In this document: in pieces, positions 28,149-36,037 of the stretch
Layout: every line of letters starts with the position of its first letter
How positions within the stretch are numbered: the first letter of the stretch is position 1
Assembly: GCA_020160995.1 (NCBI GenBank)
Contig: JAIUOY010000078.1
Coordinates: 2,151-66,150, forward strand
From: Pseudomonadota bacterium
Lineage (GTDB): Bacteria; Pseudomonadota; Alphaproteobacteria; Reyranellales; Reyranellaceae
Length of the DNA: 64,000 bases
Reading direction: 5' to 3'
Translations under genes and position numbers: made by a program
Notes under the pieces: generated by a model
What the model was told of the DNA's origin: nothing
Database searches by the model: none
Seen by the model: the letters and a program-made list of their open reading frames with translations, nothing else

Positions 28149-28733
28149 TCATATCGCGACCTCGAGATAGTGGTTGCGCAGGAGATCGGCGACGAAGCCG
28201 CCATATTCACGGCCGGCGTCGGCGAGGCTCGGCGCATAGAGCACGGTCTGCAGCCCCGACGCGCTCCAGCGCGCGGTGAGCAGCGCCGTGAGCTGCGCCA
28301 CCCGCCAGGCCGGCGCCTCGCGCACCGCCGCGCGCTCCGGCACGAAGTCGGGGATCAGCAGACAGGTCGCGGCGATCGGCGCGCCGGCCGCCACCGCTTC
28401 CAGCGCATCGAGCAGCGGCACCACGCGCGCCCGCACGAAGTTGCGCGACAGGCAGCCCGCCAGCGCGCCGATGCGCTGCAACGGATCGAGCGCCGGCGCC
28501 TCGCCGGTCAGCAGCAGGCCGCAGCGTCCCTCGGCGCGATGGCGATGGAAGCCCGCCAGCCACGCCCGCTCCGCCGCGGTCAAGGCCGGCGGCAACTTCT
28601 GCCACAGCAGATGAATCGGAATCCCGGCATCGCGTGCAACGCTCGTGCGATTTGCAATCAATTGCATGTGCCGCTCGGGATCGAGCACGCCGTGCGGCCG
28701 GAACCACGGTTTGAAGCAGGGCTCGTCGCTCAC
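28149..28733 (-). CDS. DnaC/IstB-like helicase loader (degenerate P-loop)
   Basis: RDAGIP; GLLLTG without a canonical GKT; LLIPDF at the Walker B position; lies between initiator and helicase. Confidence 0.55.
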   Translation of the reverse strand: MSDEPCFKPWFRPHGVLDPERHMQLIANRTSVARDAGIPIHLLWQKLPPALTAAERAWLAGFHRHRAEGRCGLLLTGEAPALDPLQRIGALAGCLSRNFVRARVVPLLDALEAVAAGAPIAATCLLIPDFVPERAAVREAPAWRVAQLTALLTARWSASGLQTVLYAPSLADAGREYGGFVADLLRNHYLEVAI

Positions 28734-28903
28734 GCCGCGGCGTCCCGCCAGCCTGCACGCCCGATATCCGCGTCGACATCCGTCACGTCCACCCTCCTTG
28801 GTGTCTGTCGTGTCCTGCCTCCTCGACTAGACGGCTCGAAGGCCCGACGCAAACTTTTCGTGGCGCGTCGTTCGGTCGTGATTTGAGAAGAGTCGTCGAC
28901 GGT

Positions 28904-28933
28904 GCCTAGACTGAACGGCGCCTAGACTGAACG
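28904..28933. repeat. 14-bp direct repeat GCCTAGACTGAACG x2 upstream of the sulfatase
   Basis: Exact copies at 28904-28917 and 28920-28933. Confidence 0.8.
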
Positions 28934-28955
28934 CGTCTCAAGATGGAGCGACACA

Positions 28956-30710
28956 ATGGATGCAAACAGCCGCCACGGTTCGGAGCCCCTGCCATCCACC
29001 TCCAGCGATGCCGAAACGGCGAGTCCCGCGCCGCTCAAGAGCAGCGCCGACACGGCGAGTCCCGCGCCGCGCCAGGGCGGCGCATCGGCCGCCAGCGTGA
29101 CGCGCCGCGGCCTGCTCCTGAACGGCACCACGCTGGCCGGCGCCGCCGCGCTCGGCACCGCCGCCGCGCCGCTGCAACAGGCGCAGGCGCAAGGACAGAC
29201 GCAGGGCCAGACACAGGGCCAGACGCAGGGACAGGCCGCCGGCCGCGGCAAGCCCAACATCCTGGTCATCTTCGGCGACGACGTGGGCTACTGGAACATC
29301 AGCGCCTATCATCGCGGCGTCATGGGCTACAGCACGCCCAACATCGATCGCCTGGCCAAGGAAGGCGGGCAGTTGATGAGCTACTACGCCCAGCAGAGCT
29401 GCACCGCCGGCCGCTCCGCCTTCATCACCGGACAGATGCCGTTCCGCACCGGCCTCAGCAAGGTCGGCCTGCCGGGCTCCGACCTCGGCCTGCGCAAGGA
29501 AGACCCGACCATCGCCGAACTGCTGAAGCCGCTGGGCTATGCGACCGGCCAGTTCGGCAAGAACCATCTCGGCGACAAGGACGAGTTCCTGCCGACCAAC
29601 CACGGCTTCGACGAGTTCTTCGGCAACCTCTACCACCTCAACGCCGAGGAGGAGCCGGAGAATCCCGACTATCCGAAGGACCCGGAGTTCCGCAAGAAGT
29701 ACGGCCCGCGCGGCGTCATCAAGTCGTCGGCCGACGGCAAGATCGAGGATACCGGCCCGCTCACCAAGAAGCGCATGGAGACCATCGACGAGGAAGTGCT
29801 GGCGGTCGCGCAGGACTTCATCGCGCGCGCCAAGCAGGCCAACAAGCCGTTCTTCACCTGGTTCAACACGACGCGGATGCATAACTTCACCCACGTCAAG
29901 GAAGCCGACCTGGGCAAGAGCAAGCTCGGCTTCTACGCCGACGGCATGATCGAGCACGACGCGATCGTGGGCAAGCTGCTCGCGACGGTCGACCAGCTCG
30001 GCCTCACCGACAACACCATCGTGATCTACACGACCGACAACGGGCCGATGGTCTGCCTGTTCCCCGATTCGGGCACGACGCCGTTCCGCGGCGAGAAGAA
30101 CACCAACTGGGACGGCGGCTGGCGCGTGCCGGCGCTGATCCGCTGGCCGGGCACGATCAAGCCGGGCACGGTCTACGACGACCTGTTCGCCGGCGAGGAC
30201 TGGCTGCCGACGCTGCTGGCGGCGGCGGGCGTGCCCGACATCAAGCAGAAGCTGCTGGCGGGCCACACCGCCGGCGCCAAGACCTTCAAGGTCCATCTCG
30301 ACGGCTACAACCAGTCGGACTATCTCTCGGGCAAGAGCCCGACGACGGCGCGCAAGGAGTTCTTCTACTTCAGCGACGACGGCGACCTGCTGGCGCTCCG
30401 CTACGAACGGATCAAGATCCATTTCATGATCCAGGAGGCGACCGGCATCGACGTCTGGCGTCATCCCTTCACCATCCTGCGGGCGCCGATCTTCTTCGAC
30501 CTCGCCATCGACCCCGGCGAACGCGCCCAGGAGGGCATGGGCTACAACGACTGGTGGTACCGACGGGCGTTCCTGGTGGTGCCGGCGCAGGCGATCGTCG
30601 CGCAGACGCTGGCGACCTTCAAAGACTTCCCGCCGCGCCAGAAACCGGCGAGCTTCACCGTCGACCGCGCCATGGAAGCCCTGACGCGAACGGTCAGCGG
30701 CGGCCGGTAA
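28956..30710 (+). CDS. Tat-exported arylsulfatase
   Basis: RRGLL Tat motif; PNILVIFGDD; SCTAGRSAFITG formylglycine motif; GKNHLG; TDNG; GEK. Confidence 0.92.
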   Translation: MDANSRHGSEPLPSTSSDAETASPAPLKSSADTASPAPRQGGASAASVTRRGLLLNGTTLAGAAALGTAAAPLQQAQAQGQTQGQTQGQTQGQAAGRGKPNILVIFGDDVGYWNISAYHRGVMGYSTPNIDRLAKEGGQLMSYYAQQSCTAGRSAFITGQMPFRTGLSKVGLPGSDLGLRKEDPTIAELLKPLGYATGQFGKNHLGDKDEFLPTNHGFDEFFGNLYHLNAEEEPENPDYPKDPEFRKKYGPRGVIKSSADGKIEDTGPLTKKRMETIDEEVLAVAQDFIARAKQANKPFFTWFNTTRMHNFTHVKEADLGKSKLGFYADGMIEHDAIVGKLLATVDQLGLTDNTIVIYTTDNGPMVCLFPDSGTTPFRGEKNTNWDGGWRVPALIRWPGTIKPGTVYDDLFAGEDWLPTLLAAAGVPDIKQKLLAGHTAGAKTFKVHLDGYNQSDYLSGKSPTTARKEFFYFSDDGDLLALRYERIKIHFMIQEATGIDVWRHPFTILRAPIFFDLAIDPGERAQEGMGYNDWWYRRAFLVVPAQAIVAQTLATFKDFPPRQKPASFTVDRAMEALTRTVSGGR

Positions 30711-30711
30711 C

Positions 30712-30744
30712 GCCCCGTTCATGGCCCCGTTCATGGCCCCGCTC
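30712..30744. repeat. 12-bp tandem repeat GCCCCGTTCATG x2 plus partial
   Basis: Sits at the sulfatase/initiator junction and contains the initiator stop. Confidence 0.75.
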
Positions 30745-31786
30745 CCGGAGATGCTTCCAGCAAAAGCATCTCCCGGTAGGTCATGATCGCGGGGCGACCG
30801 TGCGCGCTGCTTCTCTTGTCATCCTGAGCGCAGCGAAGGATCTCATGGCGGTTGCAAGCGGCGATTAGGTCCTTCGCTACGCTCAGGACGACAGAAGGCC
30901 GAAGCACCGCGCCCGAGGCACATCTCCCGGCTTCGCTCAGGACAGGCCCTACGAGACGCGGCACGCCGTGCGGCTCCTCGGGGTGAGGTGGCTTGTCCAT
31001 CATCATGCGCACCGCCTCGATGTGTTTCACGAGAAACCCGAGCTGCGGCAGGTCGGGCGATCTGAACGCGCCGAGGTGTTTCTCGGCGGCGCGCACGACC
31101 CGCGGCCAGTGCGCCAGGGCGAAGCGCACCGCCCGCTCCGCCTCGCCGGCGCGCAGGGTGCGCACGAGGTGGCGGAACTGGCCGCGCATCTTGTGGGTGA
31201 TCGGCGCCGACGGCCGCGCGTCCCGCCACAGCGCTTCCAGCGCCGCAACCTTCGCCGCGGCCCGTGCTGGAGCTGGCGTTGAGGCTGGCGTTGAGGCTGG
31301 CGTTGGAGCGGGTGCCGCGGCGGCCGGCGGGCCGCACGCAATCTTGGTTTCTTCCATAGGTTTGATTCTGAAGGTTTGAAGGGTGGGCCCTGCAGGGCTC
31401 GCCCGGGTGGGCCCCCGGGGGCCCGCCTGGGTGGGCCCCTGTGCGCCCACCGCTCCGCCTACCGCTCCACCCGCCGCTCCGGCCGCCGCGACGCGCAGCA
31501 GCGCCTCGGTCGGCCGCACGAACAGCGAGACCTTGCCGGCGAATCCGTGCTGCTCGCGCACGATGAAGCCGCGCGCTTCCATCGTCGCCAGCACGCGCCG
31601 CAACTGCTTCAGCGAGCAGTCCAGCTCGACCTGCCATTGCGCGCGCGTGAGCGTCACCCACCTGTCGCCGCCGTGGCGGACCTTCGTGTAGCGATGCCAG
31701 CGCAGCAGGCGATGCAGGAAATGGCCGGAGAGCAGGTCGCCTGCCGCCGCGATACAGCGATGGAGAGGCACGCAACGATCGCTCAT
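30731..31786 (-). CDS. Putative phage replication initiator (winged HTH) with in-frame repeat in the C-terminus
   Basis: LTRAQWQVELDCSLKQLRRVLATMEARGFI is wHTH-like; internal repeat region; ATGA-coupled to the dNMP kinase; upstream of loader and helicase. Confidence 0.65.
   Translation of the reverse strand: MSDRCVPLHRCIAAAGDLLSGHFLHRLLRWHRYTKVRHGGDRWVTLTRAQWQVELDCSLKQLRRVLATMEARGFIVREQHGFAGKVSLFVRPTEALLRVAAAGAAGGAVGGAVGAQGPTQAGPRGPTRASPAGPTLQTFRIKPMEETKIACGPPAAAAPAPTPASTPASTPAPARAAAKVAALEALWRDARPSAPITHKMRGQFRHLVRTLRAGEAERAVRFALAHWPRVVRAAEKHLGAFRSPDLPQLGFLVKHIEAVRMMMDKPPHPEEPHGVPRLVGPVLSEAGRCASGAVLRPSVVLSVAKDLIAACNRHEILRCAQDDKRSSAHGRPAIMTYREMLLLEASPGAGP
30817..30893. repeat. Palindromic repeat family B inside the initiator ORF
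   Basis: Reads in frame as VVLSVAKDLIAACNRHEILRCAQDD. Confidence 0.88.
31339..31438. promoter_or_regulatory. Candidate phage replication origin
   Basis: GGGTGGGCCC at 31381, 31405 and 31429 (24-bp period) next to an AT-rich run at about 31339-31380, inside the initiator gene. Confidence 0.55.
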
Positions 31787-32388
31787 CGGTTGGCCATCCC
31801 GTGCTGGCGCCGCACATAGTCGCGCAGCAGCTGGTTCACGTGCAGCAGCAGCGCCGGCACCGCGCCGTTGTTGAGAAGGTTGGCATCGACCTCGAAGGCG
31901 GCCTGCTCGGGATCGGGCGCCGTGGCAAGGCCGGAGTCGTCGCCGTCGCGCCCGTCGGTGCGCCCGTCGGTCCGCACGATCCGCCAGACCAACCCGCCCA
32001 TCGCGCGCACCATGTCGACTTCCTCGAAGCGGCTGCAATCCTCGGCGACCACCGGCCCGGCCTGCAGCATCGGCTCGACCGTGCCGCGCCAGCACTGCAC
32101 CCAGAGGTCGGGGCCGATCATGTCGCGGCCCCAGCCCTGGGCCAGCGACTGCAGCGCGTGGCGCGGCGTGCGTCCCGCCAGCTCGCGCACCGGCCGCGTC
32201 TTGAGGTCGCCTTCGAGGCAGCGTTTCACATAGTCGGGCGGCCGCCCTTGCGCCGCGATCAGCGCCCCCAGCATGGTCTTCAGCGGCTCGCCGAAGCGCA
32301 GCCGCCGGAAGCCGTGGCGCAGCACCAGATGATCCGCCACGGTCGTTTTGCCGGATCCCGCGGATCCGGTCAGAGCCAGCACCAGCAC
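31783..32388 (-). CDS. Deoxynucleoside monophosphate kinase (phage)
   Basis: LTGSAGSGKTT; RFGEPLK; TPRHALQSL...WGRDMIGPDLWV. Confidence 0.85.
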   Translation of the reverse strand: MLVLALTGSAGSGKTTVADHLVLRHGFRRLRFGEPLKTMLGALIAAQGRPPDYVKRCLEGDLKTRPVRELAGRTPRHALQSLAQGWGRDMIGPDLWVQCWRGTVEPMLQAGPVVAEDCSRFEEVDMVRAMGGLVWRIVRTDGRTDGRDGDDSGLATAPDPEQAAFEVDANLLNNGAVPALLLHVNQLLRDYVRRQHGMANR

Positions 32389-32504
32389 GCCACCCTCCTT
32401 GGTGATTGCGTTGCGTCGCGTTCTGCGATGTCGTGCCTTCCTCGACTAGCCACGCCTGCGGGCGGCGGCAAGTTTTTCGCCGGGAGCGACCGGGGGAGCA
32501 TCCG

Positions 32505-33005
32505 ATGATCGACGCGGCCTACGTGCGGCGCATGGCACGCTACAATCGCTGGCAGAACGAAAGCCTCTACGGCGCGGCGAGCCGTCTCTCCGAGGCGGAA
32601 CGGCGGCGCGACCGCGGCGCCTTCTTCGGCTCGATCCACGCGACGCTGGCGCATCTCGTCTGGGCCGACCGGCTGTGGCTCGCCCGCTTCGAGCTGACGC
32701 CCGTGACGGCGACAACCATGGCAGAGGGGCTGGCGGCCTTCCCGACCTGGCCGTCACTGCAGGACGCGCGCGTCGCCTGCGATGCCGAGATCGTGCGCTG
32801 GGCCGATGCGCTGACGCCGGACGGGCTGGCGGGCGACCTCGCCTATTATTCGATGAGCGCGCATCGCGAGATCGGCGGCCTGCGCTGGGTCTTCGTCGCA
32901 CATTTCTTCAACCACCAGACCCATCATCGCGGCCAGGCGCACTGCCTCCTCACCCAGTGCGGCCTGAAACTTCAGGACACCGACCTGCAATTGATGCCGG
33001 AGTAG
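32505..33005 (+). CDS. DinB/YfiT family protein
   Basis: MARYNRWQNE...GAFFGSIHATLAHL...HFFNHQTHHRGQ. Confidence 0.92.
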   Translation: MIDAAYVRRMARYNRWQNESLYGAASRLSEAERRRDRGAFFGSIHATLAHLVWADRLWLARFELTPVTATTMAEGLAAFPTWPSLQDARVACDAEIVRWADALTPDGLAGDLAYYSMSAHREIGGLRWVFVAHFFNHQTHHRGQAHCLLTQCGLKLQDTDLQLMPE

Positions 33006-33141
33006 CGGCGCCGTGATGCCGATGTGAATCGCCTTCGTCCGTGCAATCGATTGCACGAAGGCGGCATCGGGGTCCCTGCTTACATGCCCCCCGACGCCGA
33101 TGGTGGTGATAAGGCTGTCTTAGGGTTGCCAATCCCTATTT

Positions 33142-33197
33142 TATAATTGACAATAATTTCAATTATCCTTTACAAATACCCACTATCCTTGACAATA
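33142..33197 (+). promoter_or_regulatory. Three phased direct repeats in an AT-rich promoter
   Basis: TATAATTGACAATA (33142), TATCCTTTACAAAT (33164), TATCCTTGACAATA (33184). Confidence 0.55.
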
Positions 33198-33216
33198 AAC
33201 GGCAGGAAGCGGGTCA

Positions 33217-34281
33217 ATGCCGCGTAAGAGTAGGCAAAATCCGGCGATCCGGGACTTTATCCTTCACAATGTCGCCAACCACCCGGCCGACATCGTGGCG
33301 CTGACCAGCGAGAAGTTCGGCATCAGCCGCTCTGCCCTGGCCGGGTACATGGCGAAGCTCGTGGCCGAAGGCCTGCTCGAAGCGTCCGGCAATACCCGCG
33401 CGCGCCGCTACGAGTCGAAGCCGATTTCGTCGGGAAGCTACAAGATCGACCTCAGCCCCGGCCTGCCGGAGCACCACGTTTTCCGGTTCAGGATTCTGCC
33501 CCTGATGAAGGACGTTCCCAAGAACGTCGTCGACATCTGCCAGTACGGCTTCACGGAGATGCTGAACAACGCGATCGACCATTCGCAGAGCCCGGACGCG
33601 GTCATCTCCTACGAACAGACTCCTGTCGCCATCAAGATGTGGGTCATCGACCATGGCGTCGGCATCTTCGCCAAGATTCAGAAAGACTTCGGGCTGGCCG
33701 ATCCGCGAAGCGCCCTGCTCGAACTGTCGAAGGGCAAACTCACGTCGGACAGAGCCAACCATGCCGGCGAGGGAATCTTCTTCACGTCGCGCATGTTCGA
33801 CGACTTTCAGATCCATTCCGGCCATCTGATCTACAATCGCGAGCATCTAGAGGACGACGACTGGCTCATCGAAACGAAAGACGTGGCCAACGACGTCAAG
33901 GGCACCGCTATAGTAATGACAATCTCCCCTGCCGCGAAACGAACGACGGCAGAGGTGTTCGAGAAGGTCCAGGGCGAGGATATCTCGTTCCGCAAGACCC
34001 ATGTCCCGGTGAGCCTCGGCCGCTATCCCGGCGAGCAGTTGGTGTCGCGGTCGCAGGCCAAGCGCATCCTCGCGCGCTTCGACCAGTTTTCCGAAGTGAT
34101 GCTCGACTTCGACGGCGTGCCGCAGATCGGCCAGGCCTTCGCCGACGAGATATTCCGCGTCTTTGCCGGAAGCCATCCGGGCACGCGCGTCGTGCCGATA
34201 CGTGCGAATGAAGCGGTGCGGAAGATGATCGACTACGTGAAGAACGCGCCGCCCCCTGCGACGCCGCCCGCCAAGCCTTAA
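33217..34281 (+). CDS. wHTH + histidine-kinase-like ATPase + DUF4325 (STAS-like) protein
   Basis: GISRSALAGYMAKLVAEGLL; FTEMLNNAIDHS, DHGVGIF, GEGIFFT; SRSQAKR...LDFDGV..IGQAFADEIF. Confidence 0.85.
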   Translation: MPRKSRQNPAIRDFILHNVANHPADIVALTSEKFGISRSALAGYMAKLVAEGLLEASGNTRARRYESKPISSGSYKIDLSPGLPEHHVFRFRILPLMKDVPKNVVDICQYGFTEMLNNAIDHSQSPDAVISYEQTPVAIKMWVIDHGVGIFAKIQKDFGLADPRSALLELSKGKLTSDRANHAGEGIFFTSRMFDDFQIHSGHLIYNREHLEDDDWLIETKDVANDVKGTAIVMTISPAAKRTTAEVFEKVQGEDISFRKTHVPVSLGRYPGEQLVSRSQAKRILARFDQFSEVMLDFDGVPQIGQAFADEIFRVFAGSHPGTRVVPIRANEAVRKMIDYVKNAPPPATPPAKP

Positions 34282-35171
34282 TTCCCCAGATGCCCGAACC
34301 GGCTGCCGGGGGTGAGCCACGTCACGAAGGAGTTGCCGTCGACCGCCCAGCCTGCCGCGCCGCCCGCGCCCGGGCCGCCGCCGCCGTTGCTGGCCGTGCC
34401 GCCGGCGCTGCCCGGCTGGCCCCAGTCGCCGCCATTGCCGCCGGCGCCGCCGGTGTGCCAGGTGATCGGGCCGCCCTCCTCGCCGCCGCGCGCCACGGAG
34501 ACGCCCGCGCCGCCCGTGCCCGCGCCCGCGAAGGAGCCGTTGTTGCCCGGGCCGCCCGGCGTGTAGCCGGCATTGTTGGCGCCGCCGCCCGCGCTGCCGC
34601 CGCCGCGGCCGCCGCCGCCGCCCGAGCCGCCGATGAAGAGATTGAGGTCCCAGTCAACATAGTCGCCGCCGATACCGCCGCCGCCGCCGCCGCCGGCGAT
34701 CGTGCCGTTGTTCGTGACGTTCAGCGTGTTGCGCACGTACATCGCAAGTCCGCCCGCTTCGCCGTTGATGCCGGCCACGCCGTTGCCGCCCTGGCCGCCG
34801 CGCCCGCCGACGGTCCTTCCGGCGTTCACAACGAGGTTGATCGCCGAGCCCGCCGGCAGGCCGCTGCAGGTCAGGGCCGCGACGCCGGTGTACGCCGAGG
34901 CGACGTCGGCATTGAGGGTGACGTTGCCCACCACCGGATCGACGCCGTTCCAGCCCAGGTACGTCGCCAGCGTCGACATGCTCAGGTTCGTAACGGCGGT
35001 GTTGTAGGTGAAGTCGAAGCGGAACGACTTGAAGTAGACCTTCTTCCAGAGGCCGCCGTCGTTGGTCCAGATGCCCTTGACCGGCTTCCACACGCCGGCG
35101 TCCTTGACGTGGATCGCCGTCGCCCTCTTCCAGGCCCCGGCGTCCTTCACGAATGTCGACTCGTTCGCCAT
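34278..35171 (-). CDS. Tail fibre adhesin resembling T-even gp38 (Gly-rich)
   Basis: Trp-repeat N-terminus (GAWK/GVWK/GLWK); GGRGGQGG, NNGTIAGGGGGGG and GGGGRGGG glycine motifs. Confidence 0.65.
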   Translation of the reverse strand: MANESTFVKDAGAWKRATAIHVKDAGVWKPVKGIWTNDGGLWKKVYFKSFRFDFTYNTAVTNLSMSTLATYLGWNGVDPVVGNVTLNADVASAYTGVAALTCSGLPAGSAINLVVNAGRTVGGRGGQGGNGVAGINGEAGGLAMYVRNTLNVTNNGTIAGGGGGGGIGGDYVDWDLNLFIGGSGGGGGRGGGSAGGGANNAGYTPGGPGNNGSFAGAGTGGAGVSVARGGEEGGPITWHTGGAGGNGGDWGQPGSAGGTASNGGGGPGAGGAAGWAVDGNSFVTWLTPGSRFGHLGN

Positions 35172-35175
35172 GGCC

Positions 35176-35883
35176 CTACACCTGGTACCAGATATCGCCG
35201 TTGTTGCCGCCGGACGGCGCCGCGGTCGAGACGGTGCGCTGGCCCTTGCCGTTGAGGCCGGGCGCGATCTTGGCGTCCGTGACCTGGCCGTCGGCGATCT
35301 TGATGGTCGTCACGGCATCGTTGGCCAGCTTCACGGTGGTGACGTGGCCGTCCCAGATCTCGTTCACGCCCACCGCGTTCAGCACGGCGAGCCCGCCCAG
35401 GCCGAGATTGACGCGAGCCGCCCCGACATTGTTCGCGCCCGTGCCGCCCACCGCGATGCCCAGCGCGGCAATGCCCGTGATGCTGCCGCCGGTGATCGAC
35501 ACGCTGTTGCCGTTCTGCGTCGCCATCGAGCCCAGCCCGAGACTGCCGCGCGCCCCGGCGGAGTCGGTGGCGCCGGTGCCGCCCCAGGCCAGCGGCACGA
35601 CATTCGCCGTCGCCACCACGCCCAGCCCGAGATTGCTGCGTGCGCCCGCCGCGGTGGTTGCCCCCGTGCCGCCGCCGGCGACCGATATGCCCTGCGTGTA
35701 GTAGACGCCGTCCCAGAATTTCTCGAACAGCACGCTGGTTGGATTGAACCGGATCGCCCCGTTGGGGAGGTTGGTCGGCTGGCTGTAACTCAGCATGGTG
35801 AGCGACGCGTGGTCGCGATCTTTGATCATCTGCATCACGTCGGTGTAGAGCGATGCGTTCTGCGGATTGTTCCAGTCGGCCAT
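35176..35883 (-). CDS. Tail fibre protein
   Basis: Three GGTGA...ARxxLGL repeats and VTTxKLAxxAVT repeats; follows the J-like gene. Confidence 0.75.
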   Translation of the reverse strand: MADWNNPQNASLYTDVMQMIKDRDHASLTMLSYSQPTNLPNGAIRFNPTSVLFEKFWDGVYYTQGISVAGGGTGATTAAGARSNLGLGVVATANVVPLAWGGTGATDSAGARGSLGLGSMATQNGNSVSITGGSITGIAALGIAVGGTGANNVGAARVNLGLGGLAVLNAVGVNEIWDGHVTTVKLANDAVTTIKIADGQVTDAKIAPGLNGKGQRTVSTAAPSGGNNGDIWYQV

Positions 35884-35904
35884 TTCGGTATCTCCTTATA
35901 AAGT

Positions 35905-36015
35905 CCTCATCCTGAGGAGCGCCGCACAGCGGCGCGTCTCGAAGGATGGGAACGCGGACCTTGCCTGCTGCCCATCCTTCGAGACGCTCACTCCGTTCGC
36001 TCCTCAGGATGAGGG
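35905..36015. repeat. Palindromic repeat family A, inverted pair
   Basis: Copies at 35905-35950 and 35971-36015. Confidence 0.88.
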
Positions 36016-36037
36016 CGTTGTTGTCGCGCTGTGACGA

